A DNA stretch of 57,495 nucleotides from Ktedonobacteria bacterium (GTDB lineage Bacteria > Chloroflexota > Ktedonobacteria > Ktedonobacterales > JACDGC01), in contig DAIDIC010000070.1 of assembly GCA_027459525.1 (NCBI GenBank), positions 1 to 57,495 of the forward strand, given 5' to 3'. The notes beneath the pieces are model-generated. The model had not been told where the DNA came from. It was given only the letters and a program-made list of their open reading frames with translations, and made no database searches. This document shows positions 38,083-48,119 of this stretch, one piece after another (positions within the stretch are counted from its first letter, which is position 1; each line of letters starts with the position of its first letter). A program made the translations under genes and the position numbers.

Positions 38083-38925
38083 CTACCTCCGTTCAAAAAC
38101 AAAACTGACAGGACCAAACGCTAAAACATCACCATTTTTTAAAATAGTTTGTTTTTCGCGCCGATTATTTACGCGCACCCCATTGGTGCTGCTGATATCA
38201 TATATAATGAATTGACCTTGTTCATAGCGAATTTCCGCGTGATACCTTGAAACCCGCGGGTTATTAATAACTATATCATTTGTTGAATGCCTGCCGATGT
38301 GAGTAATTTCACTTTGCAAGCGATAGGTTTTACCAAACCCTTGGCTGGCGCGTTCCGAAAGCGCCGCGTGCGGTATTGCGGCTTCCCGCGCAGGTGTAAG
38401 CGTCGTTTCTGCCTCGGCGGCAAACTGTTCAGATTGTTCAGGTGAAATCATAGCAGTTGCGTTCGGGTTTATCGGCTCAATTGCCTGAATGTTTGCCTGA
38501 GGGGCCGCATTTTTGGTGTTTGCGGGTTCATTTTGCCGTGCGCCGATATTGTCAAAAACGGCTTCTACCTGTGTTTGTCCCAAAGATATTTTGGGGTCGG
38601 CAATAAATTGTAAAATTGGGCGGATAGTTAAGGTATATCCGCGTTGTTTTGCGGTTATAATGAGATAATCTTGTAACCGTGTGGTAATTTCCGGTAAACT
38701 TGGCTCTAAATCCGAAAAATCCCGCGGATTTAGGTAAATATTGTATTTTGTTGGCGCTAATTTTCGAGAATCTTGCGCAACAATATTTTCTTCCATTACC
38801 TGTTCTAGTTTATGCGATATTTCAACCGGCTGCAATTTTGAGCGGAATATTCTGCCAAATGAGCCTTCCACTAAACCTTGCAGCCTATCTTCAAACCAAG
38901 CAATTGCGTTCCGGTTCCGTTTCAT
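38083..38925 (-). CDS. fhaA: FhaA-like protein (DUF3662 + FHA)
   Basis: FEDRLQGLVEGSFGRIFRSKLQPVEI N-terminus; IGR, VSRYHA, STNGVRVN. Confidence 0.85.
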   Translation of the reverse strand: MKRNRNAIAWFEDRLQGLVEGSFGRIFRSKLQPVEISHKLEQVMEENIVAQDSRKLAPTKYNIYLNPRDFSDLEPSLPEITTRLQDYLIITAKQRGYTLTIRPILQFIADPKISLGQTQVEAVFDNIGARQNEPANTKNAAPQANIQAIEPINPNATAMISPEQSEQFAAEAETTLTPAREAAIPHAALSERASQGFGKTYRLQSEITHIGRHSTNDIVINNPRVSRYHAEIRYEQGQFIIYDISSTNGVRVNNRREKQTILKNGDVLAFGPVSFVFERR

Positions 38926-39875
38926 GTTTGTACCCTCACTTCCCGTATATCCAAAACGCGCCGAACCTCTTCTACGTCACGAGACATCTGTTCAATCAGT
39001 TCATCTGCCCCGGAAAATTTTTCTTCGCCGCGTAACCGCTGTATAAATTGTATTTCAAGTTGTTCATCATAAATTGTCGTGTCAAAATCCAAAATATATA
39101 CTTCTAACCGGTGTTCCTGCCCGTTAAATGTTGGGTTGGTTCCAATATTTGCGGCTCCGCGCAGTATTGTGTTCGGAAATTTTTCCCGAATAACCTGAAC
39201 GGCGTATATACCGTTAGCAGGCAGTAATTTATGTTCGGAAACCCGCAGATTTGCTGTGGGAAACCCCAGCTGCCGGCCACGCGCATCCCCATGGATTACA
39301 ACTCCTTTGGCTGCATATGGACGTCCAAGCATATTTTCTGCCGAAACCATATCACCGAATTGAATACTTTCGCGTATTCTGGTGCTGGAAATTGGTCCAT
39401 TTGCGTCTTGCAGCCTTGGAATATATGTTGTGGTAAAATTATGCGCGCCGGCAAACCCGCTGACAATGTGAGAATCCCCGCTGCGATTGTGCCCCAATCG
39501 AAAATCATCACCCTCAACTAAAGCGATGATAGATAGGTGTTCCAGCAGCATTTGCAGAAATTCTTCGGCGTTTAAGCGCGCTATTTCGTGCGAGAATGGA
39601 ATCATAACTATGTGGTCGACCAGCTGCATTTGTTCTAACGCCACTGCTTTTTCCAATCCTGGAGTAAGGAAACGTAAATGGGTATCGGGACGCAATACCA
39701 TCATCGGAGCCGGCCAAAATGTTACAGCTGTAACTTCGGAATTCATTTTTATTGCAGTATCGCGAGCGATTTTCAGCATATACGCATGTCCAAGGTGTCC
39801 TCCGTCGAAATTGCCGACACTTATTACCTGTGGTTGTTTTAGTTCGGCGGCTTTCAAAGAAGTAAATACGGTCAT
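38922..39875 (-). CDS. ribF: Bifunctional riboflavin kinase / FAD synthetase
   Basis: GNFDGGHLGH, ISSTRIR, GDARGRQLGFPTAN, GTNPTF, LRGEEKF. Confidence 0.96.
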   Translation of the reverse strand: MTVFTSLKAAELKQPQVISVGNFDGGHLGHAYMLKIARDTAIKMNSEVTAVTFWPAPMMVLRPDTHLRFLTPGLEKAVALEQMQLVDHIVMIPFSHEIARLNAEEFLQMLLEHLSIIALVEGDDFRLGHNRSGDSHIVSGFAGAHNFTTTYIPRLQDANGPISSTRIRESIQFGDMVSAENMLGRPYAAKGVVIHGDARGRQLGFPTANLRVSEHKLLPANGIYAVQVIREKFPNTILRGAANIGTNPTFNGQEHRLEVYILDFDTTIYDEQLEIQFIQRLRGEEKFSGADELIEQMSRDVEEVRRVLDIREVRVQT

Positions 39876-39974
39876 ATGGTTCTCACCCTAATTTTTGTGT
39901 TGCTGAAATACGCTGATTTGCCCTGATTGTATCCTATCACAGTTCTGTAAAACACGCCAACAAAATAAATAGTC

Positions 39975-40108
39975 ATGACTTTCGCTTCAGCATGGAAAAT
40001 CGGGGATGTACAAGGTGCGCGCCCCTTGTACGAAGTTCTGGGGTGTCCCCAGACCTCCCTTTGTTGCAGATACGAGAACCATGCGCATCTCTTTCAAGCG
40101 AAAGTCCT
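39975..40108 (-). mobile_element. MITE-like repeat, copy 2 (~134 bp)
   Basis: Ends ATGACTTTCGC...GCGAAAGTCCT. The reverse complement aligns along the full length with 15645-15782. Confidence 0.8.
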
Positions 40109-40247
40109 AATAATAAATATGCGCCGTCTTACAGCAGTTTATCGGCGGCTCAACTAAATATGATATACTGATATCGTGGGCTGCGGCGCCAGCTCCGCAT
40201 TAGCGACGGCGCGCTTCAGCTATCATGCTTCTTAGGAGCAGGCTTCG

Positions 40248-41720
40248 ATGACGACTGCCGGTGTCCCCACCTTTCAAAACTTTATTGGCGGTGAATGGGT
40301 TAATTCCCTAAGCGGGAAAACATTCATCGATCGCAATCCAGCCCATGAAGATCAAATCATAGGCTATTTTCAACAATCCGGTACTGAAGATATTGACCGG
40401 GCTATTGCCGCCGCAAAAACAGCGCTTCCGGCTTGGCGCGCCACACCTCCGCCCGAGCGCGGTGAAATCATTTTGCGCGCTGCGCTGCTGTTAGAACAGC
40501 GCCGGGAAGAGCTGTCTAAACTGCTTACGCAGGAAATGGGTAAACCCCTGAAAGAAGCGCGCGGCGATCTGCAAACTGCTATCGATTTCGGCAAATATGT
40601 TGCCGCCGAAGGCCGTCGCGCGGAAGGCGAAACGGTTCCTTCTGCGCTGCGCGATAAAATGTGTTTAACGGTTCGTGAGCCGATGGGGGTTGTTGGTATT
40701 ATTACCCCATGGAATTTTCCCTTAGCCATTCCTGCGTGGAAAACGTTTCCCGCATTGATGGCCGGCAACACTGTTATCTTAAAACCAGCCAGTGATACAC
40801 CATTGTTATCCTTAAAATTAGTGGAAATTCTGGCCGAAGCCGGTATTCCCTCCGGTGTCATTAATTTGGTAACCGGGCCAGGCTCTACTTTAGGAGACGC
40901 CTTAACCGGTGATCCGCGCGTTAGTATGATTTCTCTGACCGGCTCTACCGAAGTCGGCAAACATATTGCGGCTATCTGCGCTAAAGATTTACGCCGCGTT
41001 ACGTTAGAGCTTGGCGGCAAAAACGCCGTTATCGTGCTGGATGACGCAAACTTGGATGACGCCGCGGCTGCCATTGCTTGGGCAGGCTTTGGCACAACCG
41101 GTCAGCGTTGTACTGCGACCAGTCGTGTCATTGTTCATAAAAATGTTGTCGATGCGCTGAACGAGCGATTGGTTGCGCTGGCAAAATCCCAGAAAATTGG
41201 TGACGGGCTGGATCCCGTAATAGATATGGGGCCGCTTGTAAATCGAACACGTGTAGCTGCGGTAGATGAATATATCGGTGTTGGTAAAAACGAAGGCGCG
41301 CGGCTTTTGGTTGGCGGACGTCCTGCGCGCGGCGGCGAGCTGGATAACGGCTCATTCTTTGAGCCGACCGTGTTTACCGATGTTACCCCAAATATGCGCA
41401 TTGCGCGCGAAGAAATATTTGGGCCGGTGCTCTCAGTTTTGCCGGTTGCTTCGTATGATGAAGCGATTGAAGTGGCTAATAGTGTAGAATATGGTTTGTC
41501 TTGCGCCATTTTCACTGAAAATATGCGCAATGTATTTCACGCTATGCGCGATATTCAATCCGGCTTAATTTATGTGAACGCAGGCACAACCGGCGCCGAG
41601 CCGCATTTACCTTTTGGCGGTATGAAAATGAGCGGCAACGGGCATCGTGAACTTGGCGCCACAGCGGTTGACGAATGGTCTGAAGTGAAGACCGTTTTTG
41701 TCACATATCCCAAGCGATAG
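40248..41720 (+). CDS. NAD(P)-dependent aldehyde dehydrogenase
   Basis: ITPWNFP, KPAS, TGSTEVG, LELGGKN, GQRCTA, EEIFGP, PFGGMKMSG. Confidence 0.96.
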   Translation: MTTAGVPTFQNFIGGEWVNSLSGKTFIDRNPAHEDQIIGYFQQSGTEDIDRAIAAAKTALPAWRATPPPERGEIILRAALLLEQRREELSKLLTQEMGKPLKEARGDLQTAIDFGKYVAAEGRRAEGETVPSALRDKMCLTVREPMGVVGIITPWNFPLAIPAWKTFPALMAGNTVILKPASDTPLLSLKLVEILAEAGIPSGVINLVTGPGSTLGDALTGDPRVSMISLTGSTEVGKHIAAICAKDLRRVTLELGGKNAVIVLDDANLDDAAAAIAWAGFGTTGQRCTATSRVIVHKNVVDALNERLVALAKSQKIGDGLDPVIDMGPLVNRTRVAAVDEYIGVGKNEGARLLVGGRPARGGELDNGSFFEPTVFTDVTPNMRIAREEIFGPVLSVLPVASYDEAIEVANSVEYGLSCAIFTENMRNVFHAMRDIQSGLIYVNAGTTGAEPHLPFGGMKMSGNGHRELGATAVDEWSEVKTVFVTYPKR

Positions 41721-41976
41721 CTAATTTTTTTAACAAACTGTTTATCTGCGCATGAATATTGCGCGCTGTCAGACTAAGAAATTTTTTTTGGTCTCTGCGT
41801 TTCACGTTCAGCGCAGATTTGTTTGCAAAAATTCAATTGGCTGACTAATAAACTTGTACATAGATAAAAAATGAGCAGATTAGCCTTAGTTATGGTTATT
41901 TTGCTCTTTTTTGGCAATGTAAGCGGTGAACATGTTCGACGCCATAAAGATGTTTCAAGAAAGGCCGGCTTGTGCT

Positions 41977-43452
41977 ATGACTGCGCATTTTGAAAACCGC
42001 ATTACTGATAATTTAGACCTGTTGTTTGCTACGCTGCCATCCGCTATTCAACGCGCTTTGCGCGCGCACGAATCATATGCCGATTTGCTGGAGATTGTTA
42101 TGGATTTGGGCAGACTGCCGGAAGCGCGTTTTTTGCATGGAACGACATCTATCACGGCAGATCCGGTTACCGAAAATGATATTCAATATGTTATTCAGCG
42201 TGTCGGTGAGTTTGGAGATGACAACCGCGCGGGTATAGAGCGAACCTTGCACCGCATATCAGCAATTCGCAACCGTCAGGGCAAAGTTATCGGGTTGACT
42301 TGCCGGGTGGGCCGAGCTGTTTTTGGCGCGGTAGAACTGGTGCGTGATGTTGTGGAACAAGGCAGCAGCCTGTTAATATTAGGGCGTCCCGGCGTTGGTA
42401 AAACAACTATTTTGCGTGAAATTGCCCGTGTTTTAGCCGATGATTTGGGGAAACGGGTGGTGATTGTAGATACATCAAATGAGATTGCCGGGGATGGAGA
42501 TGTGCCGCACCCAGGAATAGGGCGCGCGCGGCGGCTTCAGGTAGCGCATCCGTCGGAACAGCATGCTGTGATGATTGAGGCGGTTGAAAATCATATGCCT
42601 GAAGTAATTATTATTGACGAAATTGGCACAGAACTGGAAGCACAGGCGGCAAGAACAATTGCGGAACGCGGAGTGCAACTGATAGGAACTGCGCATGGCA
42701 ACACGCTTGATAATTTATTGCTGAATCCAACTCTATCAGATTTGATCGGCGGAATCAGTTCAGTTACGTTGGGCGATGAAGAGGCTCGCCGTCGCGGCAC
42801 ACAAAAAACCGTGTTGGAACGTAAGGCTCCTCCTACATTTGATGTGGTAGTTGAGCAGCAAGATCGTTGGCGGGTATTAATACACGATAATGTTGCTGAG
42901 GCGGTAGACGCAATGCTGCGCGGTGAAATGCCAGCGCGCAGCATCCGTGAAATGCGCGGTGACGGACACATTGCGGTGTCGCATGAATCGGCTCGCCCGG
43001 CGACATTAGAGGAATTGCGGGGGCCGTTGGGGAAAAATATTGCGCAAAACCCACGCGCCGAAATGCGGACCCCAAATCCGCGCAGCGCATATACATTTAA
43101 TCGCCGCCAAGTTACCGTGCGGTCTGAAGAACGGACAGAGAAACCACTGCGCATGCCGATTGCTGCTGACGCAGTTGCAGACACCAGCCAGCGCCGGCAG
43201 GTAATCTATCCGCTGGGCATCAGCCGATCGCGATTGGAAGAGGTAATACAGGATCTGCGTGTTCCGGCGGTGATTGGCTATGATGAACACGAAGCAGATA
43301 CCATTTTGGCGCTGAAAAGCATTTATCGAAAGCAGCCGGATCGCATAGAGTCGGCGCAAGAAAGCGGCAAAGCGGTGTATATTTTACGAACCGGCGCGCC
43401 GGATCGGTTGCGTGAAGTAATAATTGATTTATTTGGTGTGCGTGAACGATAG
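41977..43452 (+). CDS. Ycf45/SpoIIIAA-like AAA ATPase, apparently lacking the C-terminal R3H domain
   Basis: MDLGRLPEARF, RAGIERTLHRIS, GRPGVGKTT, VDTSNEIAGDG, IIDEIG, GTAHG. Confidence 0.88.
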   Translation: MTAHFENRITDNLDLLFATLPSAIQRALRAHESYADLLEIVMDLGRLPEARFLHGTTSITADPVTENDIQYVIQRVGEFGDDNRAGIERTLHRISAIRNRQGKVIGLTCRVGRAVFGAVELVRDVVEQGSSLLILGRPGVGKTTILREIARVLADDLGKRVVIVDTSNEIAGDGDVPHPGIGRARRLQVAHPSEQHAVMIEAVENHMPEVIIIDEIGTELEAQAARTIAERGVQLIGTAHGNTLDNLLLNPTLSDLIGGISSVTLGDEEARRRGTQKTVLERKAPPTFDVVVEQQDRWRVLIHDNVAEAVDAMLRGEMPARSIREMRGDGHIAVSHESARPATLEELRGPLGKNIAQNPRAEMRTPNPRSAYTFNRRQVTVRSEERTEKPLRMPIAADAVADTSQRRQVIYPLGISRSRLEEVIQDLRVPAVIGYDEHEADTILALKSIYRKQPDRIESAQESGKAVYILRTGAPDRLREVIIDLFGVRER

Positions 43453-43472
43453 CTGCGCCGAGAAAAGCAGTA

Positions 43473-44171
43473 TTAAAAAATTTGTGATCGCAAACCGTCA
43501 CAATTTTTCACCAATATTTTGCCGCGACGCAACAATACTAATCCATCACGCTGAAAGGTATTTAATATTGCAGTAACCGTTTCGCGCAGCGCGCCAACCA
43601 AGTCGGCCAACTGCTGATGAGTGAGCGCAATCACCGGATTGGCGCCATATTGACTCAGCCGCAGCAAGGCAGAGGCTATTCGAGCAGGTATAGTATAGTA
43701 CGCTAATTCTTCCAGTCGTTCCTCGTGAATTGCCAAACGTTTGCCCATAGCTTCGATCATGCGCAAGGCAACCTGCGGCTGCTGTTGAATAATATATTCA
43801 ATATCTCTCCGGCTTAGCGCGCATACCAGCGCTGGTTCGGTTACTTCGGCAAAGGCGCATCGCAGAGATTCCCCTAAGAGTGGCATTTCACCAAAAAACA
43901 CACCCGGACCCAGAACGGCAATTTCCAGCCGTTTACCTGTATTTGTCAGCCGATATAAATGCACTGCGCCATATTTTAATAAAAACAATGTTTCCGCGCG
44001 ATCATCTTGCGCATATAAAATCTGCCCTTTAGGATATGTTCGCATTGTTATGTGTTGCTCAATTGTGTGTATTTCATCCGGCGGCAAATCTTGAAAAATA
44101 TCAGCCGCCTGTAAATAATTTGATAGCGCATCTTGGTTCTTTAGCCGTGGTTTGGTAAATAATTGCATCAA
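43473..44171 (-). CDS. Crp/Fnr-family transcription regulator
   Basis: cNMP-binding FFGE...R, HTH LTHQQLADLVGALRETVT. Confidence 0.93.
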   Translation of the reverse strand: MMQLFTKPRLKNQDALSNYLQAADIFQDLPPDEIHTIEQHITMRTYPKGQILYAQDDRAETLFLLKYGAVHLYRLTNTGKRLEIAVLGPGVFFGEMPLLGESLRCAFAEVTEPALVCALSRRDIEYIIQQQPQVALRMIEAMGKRLAIHEERLEELAYYTIPARIASALLRLSQYGANPVIALTHQQLADLVGALRETVTAILNTFQRDGLVLLRRGKILVKNCDGLRSQIF

Positions 44172-44307
44172 TAAACAGCCTTTTTCATAATCTCTCTCTC
44201 TATTTACACTGGTATATCGGTTTTAGATGGATAACTGATATGTTTTTTCTTTCAACGCAAGGAATCTAAGCGTTGGAAAACCTGAATTTGGCGCAATATA
44301 TGTATTG

Positions 44308-44350
44308 TGTAGTCTGGGCTACAGAACTTTGCCGTTTTTCAGCGTATAGT
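44308..44350 (+). promoter_or_regulatory. CRP-type palindrome TGTAG-N6-CTACA plus -10 TATAGT (class II activated promoter)
   Basis: Perfect palindrome at 44308-44323 and TATAGT at 44345-44350 place the site centre at about -41.5. Confidence 0.7.
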
Positions 44351-44416
44351 TTGAGTAACGTCTGGCGGCTGCGCAACGCAGAACAACGCCGAGCACTATG
44401 AAAGGTTACACAAAAT

Positions 44417-44908
44417 ATGGGAAACACAGGAAAATTTGCGGTTCATGGCGCCATAGCCGGTATGATTGCAGGTATGGCAATGGCAATGTACGCCATGATA
44501 GCTTCAGCGACATTTTTACATGAAGGTTTTTTTACACCGCTTTATGGCATAGCTGCGCCAATTGTTGGAAAACAAGCAATGGTGACATCAATGAGCCAAG
44601 GCATCTATTTTACATTTGGCCCTGCTATAGTTGGCTTAATTATTCATATGATGGTCTCGGCTGTATTCGGAATTATATATGGATTTGCTGCCCGCGCGTT
44701 ACATTTAGCTGGTTTCGTGTCTGTGGTGGCAGGAATGATGTATGGCGTGGTTATTTTACTTGTAATGAGTTTTGTGGCGCTGCCGATTATTGGGTTGGGA
44801 TCTATGCCGGCGACGGTGGGTTGGCCATCTTTTACCATTGAACACCTTATGTATGGTGTTGTCATTGGTTTATGGCCGCTGGTTAAATCACAGGAATTTG
44901 CAAAATAA
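44417..44908 (+). CDS. Small 4-TM Met/His-rich membrane protein, function unknown
   Basis: GAAAGGT RBS; Gly-rich helices with intramembrane His (IIHMM, IEHLMYG). Confidence 0.75.
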   Translation: MGNTGKFAVHGAIAGMIAGMAMAMYAMIASATFLHEGFFTPLYGIAAPIVGKQAMVTSMSQGIYFTFGPAIVGLIIHMMVSAVFGIIYGFAARALHLAGFVSVVAGMMYGVVILLVMSFVALPIIGLGSMPATVGWPSFTIEHLMYGVVIGLWPLVKSQEFAK

Positions 44909-44956
44909 TTTTTTATAAAGCCTTTGAAACTTCACTCTAAGGCCAACGAAATTCTC

Positions 44957-44986
44957 ATTAGGCAGAAGCCATAATTTCTGCCTAAT
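44957..44986. terminator. Bidirectional terminator hairpin
   Basis: attaggcagaa/ttctgcctaat 11-bp perfect stem between convergent genes. Confidence 0.75.
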
Positions 44987-44996
44987 TTGTCTGCTT

Positions 44997-46208
44997 TTAT
45001 ATTTGTTTTGTTTGCCGCTTATGCATTGAAATGTTTAGTAAAACACCTATTGCGGCCATAGAAGCAGTTAATGAAGCGCCGCCATAACTGATAAATGGCA
45101 GCGGAACACCGGTATAGGGCAGCGCCGCGACATTCGATCCGATATTCAACAGCGCTTGTGTTCCCAGCCACGCCGCAGTTCCGGCAGCAAAAATACCGCC
45201 AAATATATCGGCGGAGTTTCGCGATATAGCTATTCCTCGCCAAACGACAAACGCCAGCGCAGCGATTACTGCGCATACGCCAATGAGACCTAATTCTTCT
45301 CCAATTACCGCCAAAATAGAATCGGTATATGGCGCCGGCAGATAGCCTGTTTTTTGCATGCTTTGTCCTAAACCGCGGCCGAATATACCGCCGGATCCCA
45401 AGGCTATCAGCGCTTGGCAAATTTGGTAAGATGCCGCGCTATAGCAATCTAAGGGATGCATAAATCCTAATATGCGCGCGCGGCGGAATGGTGAAAGCGC
45501 TATTATTGCTGTGGCGGCGGCGGCGGCTCCAATGGCAGGCACAAGCAGCAGCTCAAGTTTTACTCCGCTCATCAGAAGCATTGTCATCATGACCGAAAAG
45601 ATAATAATAGCAGTGCCGAGGTCGTTTTGCAGCAAAACCAGCGCTATTAACACAGATCCTGTGACCAAAACGGGCCAAATATCTTTAAATGTTCTGATGG
45701 CAGATCGGTCATCAATAAATTTAGCGCCATATATAATAAACGCTAATTTTGCAAATTCACTTGGCTGAAATGTAATAAAGGATCCTAAACTAATCCATCT
45801 TTGGGCGCCGAATGATGCGTGTCCCATGCGTAAAGCCGCAGCTGTAAGCAAGATTGCTGCAATAAACATGGGAACAGCAAATCGTTTCCATATTCGATAA
45901 TCGGTGAAAGCGGTTACGCCAAGCGCCGTTGCGCCGATTGCAACCCATAAAATTTCTCTTCGGGCAATAAGCATGGGGTCGAGCGGGTCAATATATTGAC
46001 TGGCGCTTTGCGTCATAATTGCGCCAAACATCAATAACGCGGCAACACACAGCGCCAGCGCGGCGTCAGGCCGGGCATATTCTCTTAAAGAATGCTTTGT
46101 TGCGGCCTTTAGCTGACTTGTTTGTGGCGTTGGAATTGTTCCGGATAATTTTTTTTGCTTATTTTGAAACTTTGTTGCTGTGTTCATATATGTAGGAGAT
46201 GAACGCAT
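44997..46208 (-). CDS. ftsW: SEDS-family protein FtsW/SpoVE
   Basis: GAQRWI, FQPSEFAK, QNDLGT, GSGGIFGRGLG, YTDSI, GEELG, TGVPLPFISYGG. Start uncertain. Confidence 0.85.
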   Translation of the reverse strand: MRSSPTYMNTATKFQNKQKKLSGTIPTPQTSQLKAATKHSLREYARPDAALALCVAALLMFGAIMTQSASQYIDPLDPMLIARREILWVAIGATALGVTAFTDYRIWKRFAVPMFIAAILLTAAALRMGHASFGAQRWISLGSFITFQPSEFAKLAFIIYGAKFIDDRSAIRTFKDIWPVLVTGSVLIALVLLQNDLGTAIIIFSVMMTMLLMSGVKLELLLVPAIGAAAAATAIIALSPFRRARILGFMHPLDCYSAASYQICQALIALGSGGIFGRGLGQSMQKTGYLPAPYTDSILAVIGEELGLIGVCAVIAALAFVVWRGIAISRNSADIFGGIFAAGTAAWLGTQALLNIGSNVAALPYTGVPLPFISYGGASLTASMAAIGVLLNISMHKRQTKQI

Positions 46209-46808
46209 AATATAACTTCCCAATTTGTTTGTATGGTTTGATATGTATAACGCATCTGTGGCGCCAACAATATGTTTGCCAATATTCCTACAAATTTTGG
46301 GAATGGTGATGTAGTGGGCCATATGATATGCGCTAGATATGTAACTACTTGTGTGTCCGCGCTATCAGCAGACAGCTAAGCAATATAAAATTGGAAAAAA
46401 TTAGTGATATCGGTGTGGATATTCCTATACTAATTTAGTGTAATATCCCGGTATTATGATGGTTTTTCACCAAGAATCAGACTTATTTGGTTGATGGAAA
46501 TAACGCTGAATTGCTCCATTATCTTGGTTGGTTGGCGTGTCATTCAAATTTTTCTGCCTATAATTATCGCTACTCCCATATTCTCACAAGTTTTGACAGG
46601 TTGCGCAAATAAGGATAAAATAAGAGTAAGATACAATATAAATCTATTGAGGATTTTTGTTTGTGCCGGGTTATATCGGAGATACGCAATAGTTGTGTCT
46701 TTACATGATGGCTGAGGAGCCTCCGTATCTCTAGTTACAGACGGCAGCGTTAAGATATGCTTTGTGACATATGTAAAAATCCTAACATGAAAATAATTTG
46801 AGGCTATT

Positions 46809-48119
46809 TTGAAACGTTCACAAAAAAAACATCTAAACATTGCAATGATTGCTTATACCGAATATCTAATAGATCCGCGTGTGCGACGCGAAGCCGAGTG
46901 TTTAGCTGATCGCGGTGATAATGTTGATTTTTTATGTTTACGTCAGCCGAAAAATGCGGTAGACAGTAAACCAGAACAGTGGGAAACCATTGATGGCGTA
47001 CATGTTTGTCATTTGCCAATGTATAAATATCAAGGCGGAAGTTCTTTCGCGTATTTATTAAGTTATATTCGATTTTTCTTTTTAACTTTTTGGTATATCA
47101 ACGGCTTATATTTCCGAAAAAGATATGATGTTATCCATGTAAATACAATGCCTGATTTTTTGGTGTTTTCGGCTATTATTCCCAGGATGCTCGGAAGCCG
47201 AATTATTTTAGATATGCATGATCTCACATCGGATCTCTATGGTTTAAAATTTCAATCCAAATCTACCAAACCATTGGTATGGGGATTGCGCTTACAAGAA
47301 AAATTAAGCGCCGCTTTTGCTCATGCAGTTATGACAGTGCACGAACCATATAGACAGATATTAATCAGTCGTGGCATTCCTGCTAAAAAAGTCTCTGTTC
47401 TTATGAACACGCCGGATAATAAAATTTTTTCTCTGGATGATCGGCCAACCGGAAAGCTTATGTCTGTCTCCAATAGTGACAGTAATTCCTCAGCTACAAT
47501 TTTATATCATGGCACATTGGTTGAAAGATACGGCATCCAGCTTATTATGCAGGCTATCGATTTGCTGCGCAAGCATGAACCGTCTCTCGATATTCATATG
47601 ATGATTTATGGAAGAGGGGAATATTTGCCGCAATTGCAAGCGTTAAATCGTGAACTGCATCTGGAAGATAAAGTATATATTCACGGCAAACATGTGCCTA
47701 TGGCTGAAATTCCAGGTATTATTGCCAACAGTGATATGGCAGTTGTTCCTTACATCGTTAGTGAATTTAATCAATATGCTTTGCCGAACAAACTTATGGA
47801 ATATTTGGCTATGGGCACTCCTGTTATTGTTACGCGCATGCGTGTTATTGCTGAATATTTTGATAATGAAATGGTAATGTTTTTTGAATCGGGGAATGTT
47901 GCAGATTTAGCAAAAGCCATTTCGTACCTTACCAGAAATCCAGCTGAAAGGCGCGCTATGGCGCAAATTGCACATCAGCGATTTGTGCAAAAATATAGCT
48001 GGGCAGCCATGAAGCTTGATTACTATAAATTGGTTGACACATTAGCTGGCCGCGATCCAGATTATTCGCAGCCCTCTCAAAATAAAGCACAAAATCAATA
48101 TGTCTATATTCGGCAATGA
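46809..48119 (+). CDS. Glycosyltransferase family 4
   Basis: DPRVRREA, LDMHD, YHGTLVERYG, PNKLMEYLAMGTPVI. Confidence 0.9.
   Translation: MKRSQKKHLNIAMIAYTEYLIDPRVRREAECLADRGDNVDFLCLRQPKNAVDSKPEQWETIDGVHVCHLPMYKYQGGSSFAYLLSYIRFFFLTFWYINGLYFRKRYDVIHVNTMPDFLVFSAIIPRMLGSRIILDMHDLTSDLYGLKFQSKSTKPLVWGLRLQEKLSAAFAHAVMTVHEPYRQILISRGIPAKKVSVLMNTPDNKIFSLDDRPTGKLMSVSNSDSNSSATILYHGTLVERYGIQLIMQAIDLLRKHEPSLDIHMMIYGRGEYLPQLQALNRELHLEDKVYIHGKHVPMAEIPGIIANSDMAVVPYIVSEFNQYALPNKLMEYLAMGTPVIVTRMRVIAEYFDNEMVMFFESGNVADLAKAISYLTRNPAERRAMAQIAHQRFVQKYSWAAMKLDYYKLVDTLAGRDPDYSQPSQNKAQNQYVYIRQ

Noticed and set aside
46763-46778. CRP box TGTGA-catatg-TAAAA upstream of the GT4 genes
   Set aside because: The second half-site is poor and the region is AT-rich, so chance occurrence is likely.
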